From Salinispira sp. (lineage in GTDB: Bacteria; Spirochaetota; Spirochaetia; DSM-27196; Salinispiraceae): 64,000 bases of DNA. Both the position numbers and the translations under genes were made by a program. Shown one piece after another: positions 43,038 to 51,932 of the stretch. Every line of letters starts with the position of its first letter. Positions within the stretch are counted from its first letter, which is position 1. The stretch is taken from the NCBI GenBank assembly GCA_965226555.1, contig CBDDDG010000018.1, positions 42,548 through 106,547 on the forward strand, written 5' to 3'. The notes below the pieces were generated by a model. It was not told the DNA's origin, ran no database searches, and worked only from the letters and a program-made list of their open reading frames with translations.

Positions 43038-45135
43038 AAAACAACATATCCTCCTGAACCCAGGCAACAATGCCGTAGGCAGTTCGAATTTGAACATAGC
43101 CCGATGAAGACACCCCCAAGGCAACACTCGTGCCCGCTGGAAGAACAATCCACTCGTCAGCGTCCGCATCGGGAATTTTTTTCAATAGTCCCCCATCCTG
43201 CTCAATAACAGCCGGCTGATTGGCAAGCCCCCGAGAGTATGCAACGTACATTCCCACTGCAGAAAAAAGGATAATGATGAACCCTATGCTGATAATCGCA
43301 AATGGGATGTTTAGTCGTGGACTAAAGTTGGCAACAGACAAATATACCGCAGCCGACATCAGTAACATCACAATAATAAGAAATATCCAGTCGCCGCGGA
43401 TGATACGGCTAATGGGATGTTGCTTTCCCAGCTCCATTTCCTCTTCCAAGAGAATGAGCGCCTGCCGGAATTCTTCGTACAAGGGCGCGCGATTGACAAG
43501 CTGCCGCATGGAAAACATTGCCCGGGCAAAATTGCCAGCATAATATTCAAGACGGACGCGTGAAAGCAGAAGATTAACATTGTCCGGATCCTGCGCCAGA
43601 AGTTTTTCAAGCTGCGCGCGCTGTTCAACTGATGCTGTGTCGGCGGCTTCAGCCTGATAAAAGCGATCTGCGTCTTCAGGAGATATCTGCCCAAGCCGTG
43701 TGAGAACAAAGAAACACATAACAAAACTGACAAGGGTGAACACAACAAAGCCTTTTGCATTGTTTTTCGTCCATTTTTTACTGACAGAAAAATATATGAA
43801 GAGATAGAGGGGGATAATGAGCGCCAATAGTACTCCAATTGGTCTGCTTGTAAAATTCATCGATACACTTATGGGTAATTGTATGTTTTCAATGCTCCCG
43901 ATAAACGATGTATCCGCTCGTTCGGCGCCGGGAATTATGGAGATACTCTGCGTTTTTTCCCTCTGTGTCTCAACAATTCCCGATTGGGGGTTCACCCATG
44001 AAAAGGAGGGAACAGTAACAGACATTTCTCCCCCGGAACCAGCCTGAATCCGATAGATAATTGAACGGCTGCCTCTATATCCCTTCTCGCTTGTTTCATA
44101 TTCACTCATTTCCTCAGAACCCTCAATAACGGCATTCTGTACGGAAATTTGAGGCAGCTCAAGAATGCCGAAATTACCTTCTCCGCTTACCGTAAATTCC
44201 AGCATGAGTTGACCATTTTCATTAATACTCTCAGGAAGGGGCTGCAACGATACAGCGAAGGAACCGACAGCATTACCGCTAAAACCTTCCGGTGCTGCGT
44301 GTACGGTAAGTGCTTCAGCCTGCACATTCCGCGAATAATTACCGAACTGCGCGCCGGCATTGGGAACATACACGGTTCCCGTCTGCAGCGGAGTATAGAG
44401 AAAGGTGGCGAGGGGAATGCGGCTGAACGTTCTGCCGTGAAACTCATAGGTATCTAACTCTCCCAAACCTGTTACCTCTTCCAGAATACCCGCGCTGACG
44501 GAACCAAGGTCAAGAAAATCGGGAAAGCGCACTTCAGAGATATGATACATGTCGAGTGAAATGTACATTGTTTGCCCCACATATACTGATTTCTGCCGAA
44601 TGTTCCATTCCAGCTCAGGCGGGGTAAATTCACCATCAATAGTAACGGGGATCAACAGAGAATCGCTGTGAACAATTGTTGCCGGGCGGGCGGATGTCTC
44701 CGGCCACCGGAGAGTAAATGGTTCCATAACCGCGTACCCCGCCTCATCTGCTCTATAGGTATAGCGCCAAGTTGCCCGCTGGGCGTCGGTGTTTTGCAGG
44801 CGGAGCGGCCCCGCCCAGTAACGCAGCCCCTCCTGCGCCGGCGGGAACCCGAAACTGACATCCGCCCCGTATTCTGCGGGCATGTCAATGTATATGAAGA
44901 AGGTCTCCCCCAAACGCACCGGATCATCCTGCGCATATATGCGGATGTCGGAGAGTATCGGCGCTGCCGCAGCCTGCCCGACCGCATCCAGACTCAGGAG
45001 AAAGAATACGAGGGCTACCAGTCTTCGACATATACCGAGCGAGCGCTCACTGCCCGCCATGCGCCAGCGGTGCCAGCGCCGGGCTACCAGTCTTCGACAT
45101 ATATGACACGCGGGATGTAATCCTGCTCCACCCAT
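43030..45135 (-). CDS. BatD/BatE-like protein (Ig-like domains, TPR, SH3-like end); start uncertain
   Basis: VSGEGN, FSWVNP motifs, TMs, C-terminal GIVAWV; bat cluster context. Confidence 0.7.
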   Translation of the reverse strand: MGGAGLHPACHICRRLVARRWHRWRMAGSERSLGICRRLVALVFFLLSLDAVGQAAAAPILSDIRIYAQDDPVRLGETFFIYIDMPAEYGADVSFGFPPAQEGLRYWAGPLRLQNTDAQRATWRYTYRADEAGYAVMEPFTLRWPETSARPATIVHSDSLLIPVTIDGEFTPPELEWNIRQKSVYVGQTMYISLDMYHISEVRFPDFLDLGSVSAGILEEVTGLGELDTYEFHGRTFSRIPLATFLYTPLQTGTVYVPNAGAQFGNYSRNVQAEALTVHAAPEGFSGNAVGSFAVSLQPLPESINENGQLMLEFTVSGEGNFGILELPQISVQNAVIEGSEEMSEYETSEKGYRGSRSIIYRIQAGSGGEMSVTVPSFSWVNPQSGIVETQREKTQSISIIPGAERADTSFIGSIENIQLPISVSMNFTSRPIGVLLALIIPLYLFIYFSVSKKWTKNNAKGFVVFTLVSFVMCFFVLTRLGQISPEDADRFYQAEAADTASVEQRAQLEKLLAQDPDNVNLLLSRVRLEYYAGNFARAMFSMRQLVNRAPLYEEFRQALILLEEEMELGKQHPISRIIRGDWIFLIIVMLLMSAAVYLSVANFSPRLNIPFAIISIGFIIILFSAVGMYVAYSRGLANQPAVIEQDGGLLKKIPDADADEWIVLPAGTSVALGVSSSGYVQIRTAYGIVAWVQEDMLFYE

Positions 45136-45698
45136 GACTGCTCTTCCTTTCTTCTGATATATTCAAAAATTCGTATACTCTCTGTTGAAAGTTCTCTATT
45201 GCTTTCCTGCTGACTGCGCCGATTGCCGATTCTTCCAGACTGAAGCTTTAAAAGGGTAAGTTCCAAATTCAACTTTGCTCCAATGTGGGCAGAGTCGTAG
45301 GTGAGGGCTGCTTTAAAATCTTCAAAGGCATTTTCATATCGGCTCTGTTCATAAAACAAAATACCCCGATTATAATGCGCGGCAAAAAGCAAGTACTCAG
45401 AGTCGGTTTTCAGTACATCTTCCCAAAATTCCAGCGCCGCATCAACCTCTCCCAGAGAATGATACACATTTGCTAAATTATAGTGTATCCACGATTTTGA
45501 TTGCGTATTGTTCAATGCCTTGAGGTACTGGACTGTTGCCTCCTGATAATCGCCGCGCCCGAAGAAGTAATTTCCCAGAAAAACAGTAATATAGGGAGGA
45601 GAAGTACCGCAGGAGGCAAGGGAAAACAGCAGGACTATCAGCAGCAGCATCCTGCTCGCCCATGCGTCCGTCAGGAATGCTTTCTTTGAGCTGAGCAT
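45084..45698 (-). CDS. BatC-like TPR lipoprotein
   Basis: LASC lipobox, TPRs (YNLANVY, YNRG, AKLNLEL), C-terminal EDW. Confidence 0.8.
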   Translation of the reverse strand: MLSSKKAFLTDAWASRMLLLIVLLFSLASCGTSPPYITVFLGNYFFGRGDYQEATVQYLKALNNTQSKSWIHYNLANVYHSLGEVDAALEFWEDVLKTDSEYLLFAAHYNRGILFYEQSRYENAFEDFKAALTYDSAHIGAKLNLELTLLKLQSGRIGNRRSQQESNRELSTESIRIFEYIRRKEEQSWVEQDYIPRVIYVEDW

Positions 45699-45962
45699 TC
45701 TCCTATTTTAATAGAAAATTGTGCGTTAAAAAAGTGTTTTCTGAAGAAAAATTTTGCTCTGATAATAGGGAGATATTGCCTGTGTAAAATAATAGGGCAT
45801 GTTTCGTAAGCGTCAATACACCCTGTAATACAGGGGCCAATTCAACCATACCAGCCCCCATTCCCGACTCCCCGAAAAAAATTCACAAATTTTGCAAAAT
45901 TCTTTCCAAATACATAGTCAAGAATGACTTTTTACCCGTTACAGATATAGCAGGAGGTATGT

Positions 45963-47018
45963 ATGAGTAATGCCGGATACAATATCCATGATATTGCGTT
46001 TAAGAGTATCTATGGCACCCCCGAGGCGGCAGCCGATATTCCACGGATAATTTTTCCAAAGGACATCGTTAACATTATGGATCTAGATGCTATTCGCATT
46101 GAAAACACCATCTACATTGACAAAGGGCGTGAGGTACTCTGCGACCTCATTCTCATTATTCCCCTCAAAGGGGAATTCGACGGTTTACGAATTGTCCTGA
46201 TCATTGAGCACAAAAGCACATTTGATCCAAGGGTCAGAGAACAGTTTGATAAATACCAGAGAGCCCTCATAAACAGCAGGACATTTCAGGCGCAGACCGA
46301 TCTTCTTGTTCTGGTGCTGTGGTACCATGGAGAACCGATATGGGATGGCGATCTCAGTTTCCACAGTTCAGGGGATGTGCATACACACATACCGGAAAAA
46401 TTGTACACAATGATGGAAAAATACCTTGCGAGGCCAAAGGTTCTCAATAGGCCTGTGATGGTCGATGTGAATAGGATGAGCGAGGAGGAGTTTACCCGGG
46501 GGTCAGACGGGGTTGTGTTGACAGGGGGAGCTCTGTGCTATATTATGCGGAAAGTCAGTAAGACAGGCGATGAAGACTTGCGGAAGGTTGCGAAGTATCT
46601 GAAAGAACTTCCCGCAGAGAATTCCCGAGAGATGATCCCGAACCTTCTGCTCTATCTGAAGGCCTTGAAACTGGATACACGCTTTGAAAAAATCAACAGG
46701 GAAATAAATCCCGAAGGAGAAGAAGTTATGATGAAAAAAGTCCAGATGAGCGATTGGTTTGTCAACCAAGGCATGGAGAAAGGCATTCTGAAAGGACGGG
46801 TTGAAGGTCTTGAGCAGGGAATGGAGAAAGGTCTTGCAAAAGGAATGGAGCGAGGAATGGAGAGAGGCAAGGTTGAAGGTCTTGAGCTGGGAATGGCGAG
46901 AGGCATTCGAGAAACTGCCCGCAGTATGTTTTCGGAAGGCTTGTCAACTGAGGCTGTTCAGAGGATTACCGGGCTGAGCGATGAGGAAATGCGGACAGTG
47001 CGGAACGGATCGCATTAA
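45963..47018 (+). CDS. Rpn-family PD-(D/E)XK nuclease type C, intact
   Basis: HDIAFK, CDLI, IIEHKS, LWYHG, GMEKG repeats, ITGLSDEEM tail. Confidence 0.9.
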   Translation: MSNAGYNIHDIAFKSIYGTPEAAADIPRIIFPKDIVNIMDLDAIRIENTIYIDKGREVLCDLILIIPLKGEFDGLRIVLIIEHKSTFDPRVREQFDKYQRALINSRTFQAQTDLLVLVLWYHGEPIWDGDLSFHSSGDVHTHIPEKLYTMMEKYLARPKVLNRPVMVDVNRMSEEEFTRGSDGVVLTGGALCYIMRKVSKTGDEDLRKVAKYLKELPAENSREMIPNLLLYLKALKLDTRFEKINREINPEGEEVMMKKVQMSDWFVNQGMEKGILKGRVEGLEQGMEKGLAKGMERGMERGKVEGLELGMARGIRETARSMFSEGLSTEAVQRITGLSDEEMRTVRNGSH

Positions 47019-47435
47019 TTGGCGCAACTCGGTCTGCGCAGGGCAATGAACCAGAAAAACCTTCTCCCATGGAACATTGCAGCTGAAAACCAACACCCAT
47101 CAGGATTAATTTGACGCTTACCATGTTTCTATCTACAATTGTGGATAAATTCTGTGTTGATGCTCAGCATGCCCCGGAGCAATGCAAAAGTTTCAACTTC
47201 AATTATGGGTCATTGCTCATTTCCAAATTCCTCATCAAGTACCTCGTTAACATAAGCATCCAATAGTTATGGATTCAAATTCGGGCAATAGATTACTCGA
47301 TTCCAAATTTGGTTCCGTATTGATGGAGGATAAAAGACCATTAAGTTGAGCAAAATTCACGATTACAAAAAGTGATGATGGCAGAAAAAGTATTAACAAC
47401 ATAAGAAAGTTTCCATAATGGCAACAAGCTGCCTG

Positions 47436-50240
47436 TTACGGACGCGCCTTCGTCGTCATGTTGTAGGCATAGATTTTATCATCAGAATCATCTGCCACCC
47501 GCATGGTCGTCCCATTCGACCAGATACCATAGGGATTATTGTTCCCCGCAGCAGAAAGGGTCGTAAAGTCCTTTGCACTGTCTCGCTCCTTCGTCGTCAT
47601 GTTGTAGGCATAGATTTCATCATCAGAATCATCTGCCACCCACATGGTCGTCCCATTCGACCAAATACCTGTGGGATTACGGTTCCCCGCGGCAGAAAGA
47701 GTCGTAAAGTCCTTTGCACTGTCTCGCGCTTTCGTCGTCATGTTGTAAGCATAGATTTTATAATCAGAATCATCTGCCACCCACATGGTCGTCCCATCCG
47801 ACCAAATACCTGTGGGAGAAGTGTTCCCCGCAGCAGAAAGGGTCGTAAAGTCCTTTGCACTGTCTCGCGCCTTCGTCGTCATGGTGTAGGCATAGATTTT
47901 ATCAGCATAATAATATGACTTCGCCACCCACATGGTCGTCCCATCCGACCAAATACCTGTGGGATTATAGTTCCCCGCAGCAATGAGGGTCGTAAAGTCC
48001 TTTGCACTGTCTCGCGCCTTTGTCGTCATGTTGTAGGCATAGATTTTATAATCAGAATCATCTGCCACCCACATGGTCGTCCCATTCGACCAAATACCTG
48101 TGGGAGAAGTGTTCCCCGCGGCAGAAAGGGTCGTAAAGTCAAAATCAAAAATCTGTACCGTTTTCGTTAAATTGTTTGCACTGTCGTCTATTGTCAGTGT
48201 TATGCTTTCTTCCGAAAACCCCCCTATGGTTACCACGCCCCCGAACTGAGGAATATTTTTCCTACTGTCTTCTTCGGGAAAGTCAGAATATGCAGTGTAT
48301 TCAATGGTAAATGCGTTAGAAGGCACAACAGTAAACTCAATGTCGGGCTCCTTCGGCTTTTTCCCAAACTCCCCATAGTAAATGTTAAGGGATATTTCTG
48401 AATTCTTATTCGAATTCAGTTCAACATTGTCTGCTAATCCATCTGGAAGAGAATAACTGTCATTAAGACGGATCCCATGTAAAGGTGAACGGAGACCAGA
48501 TACATTGACCTGCTGCGATATTACTCCATCACTGTCAGTGTTCTGATTTCCCTGAATCGAGATGTTCACCTCGGAACTATATGTTCCCGCTCGCGGGGTC
48601 AGATAGCTGAGATTGTAAAAACTGTTGGCATAGCCTTCTATTACGTCTTGAATTGAGCGAAAAGCAGTTGTCAGTTCTTCAAAACTGTCTATGGCATACT
48701 GTCCGGCGTTTCCCAGTGATTTAAGAATACTAATGTGATCATCGCTGGGGCTGACACTTATTGTTATGACTCTCTTGTTTCCTCGCGTATTCAGGGCAGC
48801 ATTCAGTGTTGACGATCCCTTAGTATCTTCTCCATCGGTGAGAATAACAAGCTGCCCCCCCTGCCGAATAGCATTTTGCGAAAAGACGTTTCCCAATTGG
48901 GAAACTCCTGTTGACACCGCCCCATAGAGATCGGTTGATCCAGAACCAAGGGTAATGCTATCAATTGCCGCATGAAGTTCTGAAACAGACGATGAAAAGT
49001 CAATAATCTTGTTCGCGGACGATGCAAATGTCCAGACAGCAAATTCAGCAGTTCCCGTGCTGTCGCTGTTACCCGATACCTCCGATTCGCTAATGAGTAC
49101 CTTTGCCGCTTCTTTAACCGACGGCAAATCAGCGCCAATACTCAAACTGTTATCGAGCATAATTACTGTGCTCAGCTTGTATGGAAGTTCATCGGCTTTT
49201 CGTATGCGTATTGCCGATTCTGTTTCCGATACCGCGCTTCCCGATTCACGGATAATAAAATCAGATTCCTCCAGATCAGTAACCGGAACCCCGTCGACAG
49301 TTTCAACCGACATAAAAATATTGATATACGCAGGGTACAATGTGCTTGTGTTGTAATGATAGAGAATATAACTATCATCAGGCGGCGGCGGCGGCGGCGG
49401 GTTGCTATCATCAGGCGGCGAAACTCCGCCGTTTTCATTAGGATAGGCATAGATTTTTCCGTTATACCCATTTGCCACCCACATTGTCGTCCCATTCGAC
49501 CAGATACCGTGGGGAGAAGTGTTCCCCGCAGCAGAAAGAGTGTTGGTGTTAAAGTCCTTTGAACTGTCTCGCGCTTTCGTCGTCATGTTGTAGGCATAGA
49601 TTTTTCCGTTATACACATCTGCCACCCACATTGTCGTCCCATTCGACCAAATACCTGTGGGAGAAGTATTCCCCGCAGCAGAAAGGGTGTTAAAGTCCTT
49701 TGAACTGTCTCGCGCTTTCGTCGTCATGTTGTAGGCATAGATTTTACGAGTAGAATAATCTACCACCCACATTGTCGTCCCATTCGACCAGATACCTGTG
49801 GGAGAAGTGTTCCCCGCAGCAGAAAGGGTGTTGGTGTTAAAGTCCTTTGAACTGTCTCGCGCTTTCGTCGTCATGTTGTAGGCATAGATTTTACGAGTAG
49901 AATAATCTGCCGCCCACATTGTCGTCTTATTCGACCAGATACCTGTGGGAGAAGTGTTCCCCGCAGCAGAAAGGGTGGTGCTAAAGTCCTTTGAACTGTC
50001 TCGCGCCTTCGTCGTCATGTTGTAGGCATAGATTTTTCCGTTATACCAATCTGCCACCCACATTGTCGTCCCATTCGACCAGATACCGTGGGGAGAAGTG
50101 TTCCCCGCAGCAATAAGAGTATCGAAATCCTTTGTTGGGTCGTATTCAGAAGCCGTGTCCGTGTCCATGTCCATGTCCATCGGACACCCTACTAACATAG
50201 TTATCGCTACAGCAACTAATAATGGCATTAACTTTTTCAT
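47436..50240 (-). CDS. Surface lipoprotein: 5 propeller-type repeats, vWA domain, 5 propeller-type repeats
   Basis: SD AAGGAGGT, MKK..LVGC lipobox, ~47-aa repeat GIWSNGTTMWVAD..KIYAY, MIDAS DNSLS..T..LTDG. Confidence 0.85.
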   Translation of the reverse strand: MKKLMPLLVAVAITMLVGCPMDMDMDTDTASEYDPTKDFDTLIAAGNTSPHGIWSNGTTMWVADWYNGKIYAYNMTTKARDSSKDFSTTLSAAGNTSPTGIWSNKTTMWAADYSTRKIYAYNMTTKARDSSKDFNTNTLSAAGNTSPTGIWSNGTTMWVVDYSTRKIYAYNMTTKARDSSKDFNTLSAAGNTSPTGIWSNGTTMWVADVYNGKIYAYNMTTKARDSSKDFNTNTLSAAGNTSPHGIWSNGTTMWVANGYNGKIYAYPNENGGVSPPDDSNPPPPPPPDDSYILYHYNTSTLYPAYINIFMSVETVDGVPVTDLEESDFIIRESGSAVSETESAIRIRKADELPYKLSTVIMLDNSLSIGADLPSVKEAAKVLISESEVSGNSDSTGTAEFAVWTFASSANKIIDFSSSVSELHAAIDSITLGSGSTDLYGAVSTGVSQLGNVFSQNAIRQGGQLVILTDGEDTKGSSTLNAALNTRGNKRVITISVSPSDDHISILKSLGNAGQYAIDSFEELTTAFRSIQDVIEGYANSFYNLSYLTPRAGTYSSEVNISIQGNQNTDSDGVISQQVNVSGLRSPLHGIRLNDSYSLPDGLADNVELNSNKNSEISLNIYYGEFGKKPKEPDIEFTVVPSNAFTIEYTAYSDFPEEDSRKNIPQFGGVVTIGGFSEESITLTIDDSANNLTKTVQIFDFDFTTLSAAGNTSPTGIWSNGTTMWVADDSDYKIYAYNMTTKARDSAKDFTTLIAAGNYNPTGIWSDGTTMWVAKSYYYADKIYAYTMTTKARDSAKDFTTLSAAGNTSPTGIWSDGTTMWVADDSDYKIYAYNMTTKARDSAKDFTTLSAAGNRNPTGIWSNGTTMWVADDSDDEIYAYNMTTKERDSAKDFTTLSAAGNNNPYGIWSNGTTMRVADDSDDKIYAYNMTTKARP

Positions 50241-50472
50241 AAAGTTAACCTCCTTAATTTTGTATAGAAATTCCCATGGGGAATTTCTGGACATTCACCG
50301 GTGGTGTTAAAGTTTTTCAGTGGATTGGCATGCGAGATAACGGATTGGAGTTTCAGGCGCTGCTCGGGAGTGTTAGGGCAGATCGGTTCATAGAGGGGAG
50401 ATGTTAGAGCTGTTGCGGAGTTTACACCCGGTACGAGGGAAGTGAGCTGGGATAATGTGAGAAAAATATTTT

Positions 50473-50577
50473 TTATTTCAGAAGATTTTCTTGGGGGGGG
50501 GGTAGAATGTTTTCGGGATGTATGTTATACTCAGGATATCGGTTTGGTGCCATTGTAGATATGTGGTATGCAATCAT
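50473..50577 (-). CDS. Putative leader ORF (34 aa) containing a C10 tract
   Basis: SD AAGGGAG, ATG 50577, downstream of the promoter at 50611-50640. Confidence 0.4.
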   Translation of the reverse strand: MIAYHISTMAPNRYPEYNIHPENILPPPQENLLK

Positions 50578-50610
50578 GGTAAACATCTCCCTTTTTTGAA
50601 AGTTTATCTG

Positions 50611-50640
50611 AATATAATATGAGAATATTGACCGTGTCAA
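50611..50640 (-). promoter_or_regulatory. Sigma70 promoter upstream of leader ORF and vWA lipoprotein
   Basis: TTGACA-18 bp-TATATT on the minus strand. Confidence 0.65.
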
Positions 50641-50659
50641 CAAGTTTTTTCAAATTTTT

Positions 50660-51911
50660 TGGGATATTAAGGTTTGAACAGACCCCACTTTGACCTATTA
50701 TGCGATCATTTCTTCCGAGTGCCAAGCCCTCCATCGCTCAAGCGTCGGCCGTGTGAGCCGTTGCTCCATTATGATCGGCTTGAGCCGGAGAATATCACTA
50801 TCCACATTGGTATTCCGTTGCCTCAAAAGATCCAGCGGAGTCCCTTTGCGGTAGGTGTTGAACCGCCGGTAATTGAAATCTATCTGATACTCCTCGGCTT
50901 CCTTAAGAAACTCATTGAGCTTTGGATTCATCACCTGACTGTAGAACTCATCCTCAATGAGCCGGTGCGAGGACTCGACAGAACTGTTCCATGTGCAATG
51001 CCCGGGCGGAATACGCCGATACTCGACACCCGCCTGTATGAGCGCCTGCTCAAACCCCGACGTTCGGGTCTTGCTCAGATGCCGAACGGTGAACTCTGCC
51101 CCGTTATCGGTCTGAACCGTTATGCCGTTGACAAGGTCTCCGCCGCGATTCCGCAGGTGCTCCAGCAGGTACTCGGCGAACAAGGTTGTTACCATACTGC
51201 TCTTCTCATTGGCGAAGGCGTACCACAGAGCCCCTGTCGCCCGATCCCGGGCGGTTATCTGGTACTTCGGAACGTCTAAACACTTCTGAGAAAACCGCAT
51301 AGCGGGAATGTCCGTCAGATACTTGATATCAATCTGAATGCACTCGCCGAACTTCATCCTGTCGGTTACCTCCCGCAAATCTCTCTTGGGCCGCGCCTTC
51401 GGCTTCTTTGTTTTCCGCGCCCCTATCTGCTTTAGCGTCTTGATAATTGTCGGCAGGCTGTACTTCCCGCCAACTTCCGTCTGCAACTGCTTTTGCACCT
51501 GCGTTCCAATGATTTTGTTGTGATTCCGAGCCTTGGTCTGGGCAAGACTCTCGAGATGACACCAGTGCCCGAATTTCATCTTCATCGGATGATTGGTCGT
51601 GCCCCGCTTTTTGTCTTCAAGACCCTCGCCGGATTCAAAGCGCCGAACCCACCTCCGCACCGTGTTGCGCGACACCTCGAACTCCCGAGCAGCCGCCTTG
51701 ATCGAATGCTCTTGGGCATACCGAACCATCCGCAACCGCCACTCATACATCGAAGCCGCCTGATACTTCCGAGACTTGAGATGATACTGAGAATATGTGA
51801 TACTACTGTTCACTGTTTCCCTCCTTTTATGTTTTATACAACCCCCAGTGTGTACGAATAACCTTCGTTTTACACTGGGGAGGAGGGGTCAGCTCAAAGG
51901 TTTATATCCCA
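50660..51911 (-). mobile_element. IS481-like insertion sequence, 1252 bp, 15-bp TSD
   Basis: Imperfect 27-bp IRs TGGGATATTAAGGTTTGAACAGACCCC / TGGGATATAAACCTTTGAGCTGACCCC; TTTTTTCAAATTTTT at 50645-50659 and 51912-51926. Confidence 0.9.
50698..51813 (-). CDS. IS481-like integrase-core (rve) DDE transposase
   Basis: N-terminal HTH, IQIDIKY, VQTDNGAEF, NSSVESSHR..DEFY. Confidence 0.9.
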   Translation of the reverse strand: MNSSITYSQYHLKSRKYQAASMYEWRLRMVRYAQEHSIKAAAREFEVSRNTVRRWVRRFESGEGLEDKKRGTTNHPMKMKFGHWCHLESLAQTKARNHNKIIGTQVQKQLQTEVGGKYSLPTIIKTLKQIGARKTKKPKARPKRDLREVTDRMKFGECIQIDIKYLTDIPAMRFSQKCLDVPKYQITARDRATGALWYAFANEKSSMVTTLFAEYLLEHLRNRGGDLVNGITVQTDNGAEFTVRHLSKTRTSGFEQALIQAGVEYRRIPPGHCTWNSSVESSHRLIEDEFYSQVMNPKLNEFLKEAEEYQIDFNYRRFNTYRKGTPLDLLRQRNTNVDSDILRLKPIIMEQRLTRPTLERWRAWHSEEMIA

Positions 51912-51932
51912 TTTTTTCAAATTTTTCTTGTA

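Noticed and set aside
47040..47430. AT-rich gap, possible ncRNA or gene relic
   Set aside because: No supportable ORF or structure beyond one palindrome half-site.
47436..50240. Diversity-generating retroelement target
   Set aside because: No reverse transcriptase or separate template repeat in the window, and the differences are not clearly adenine-specific.
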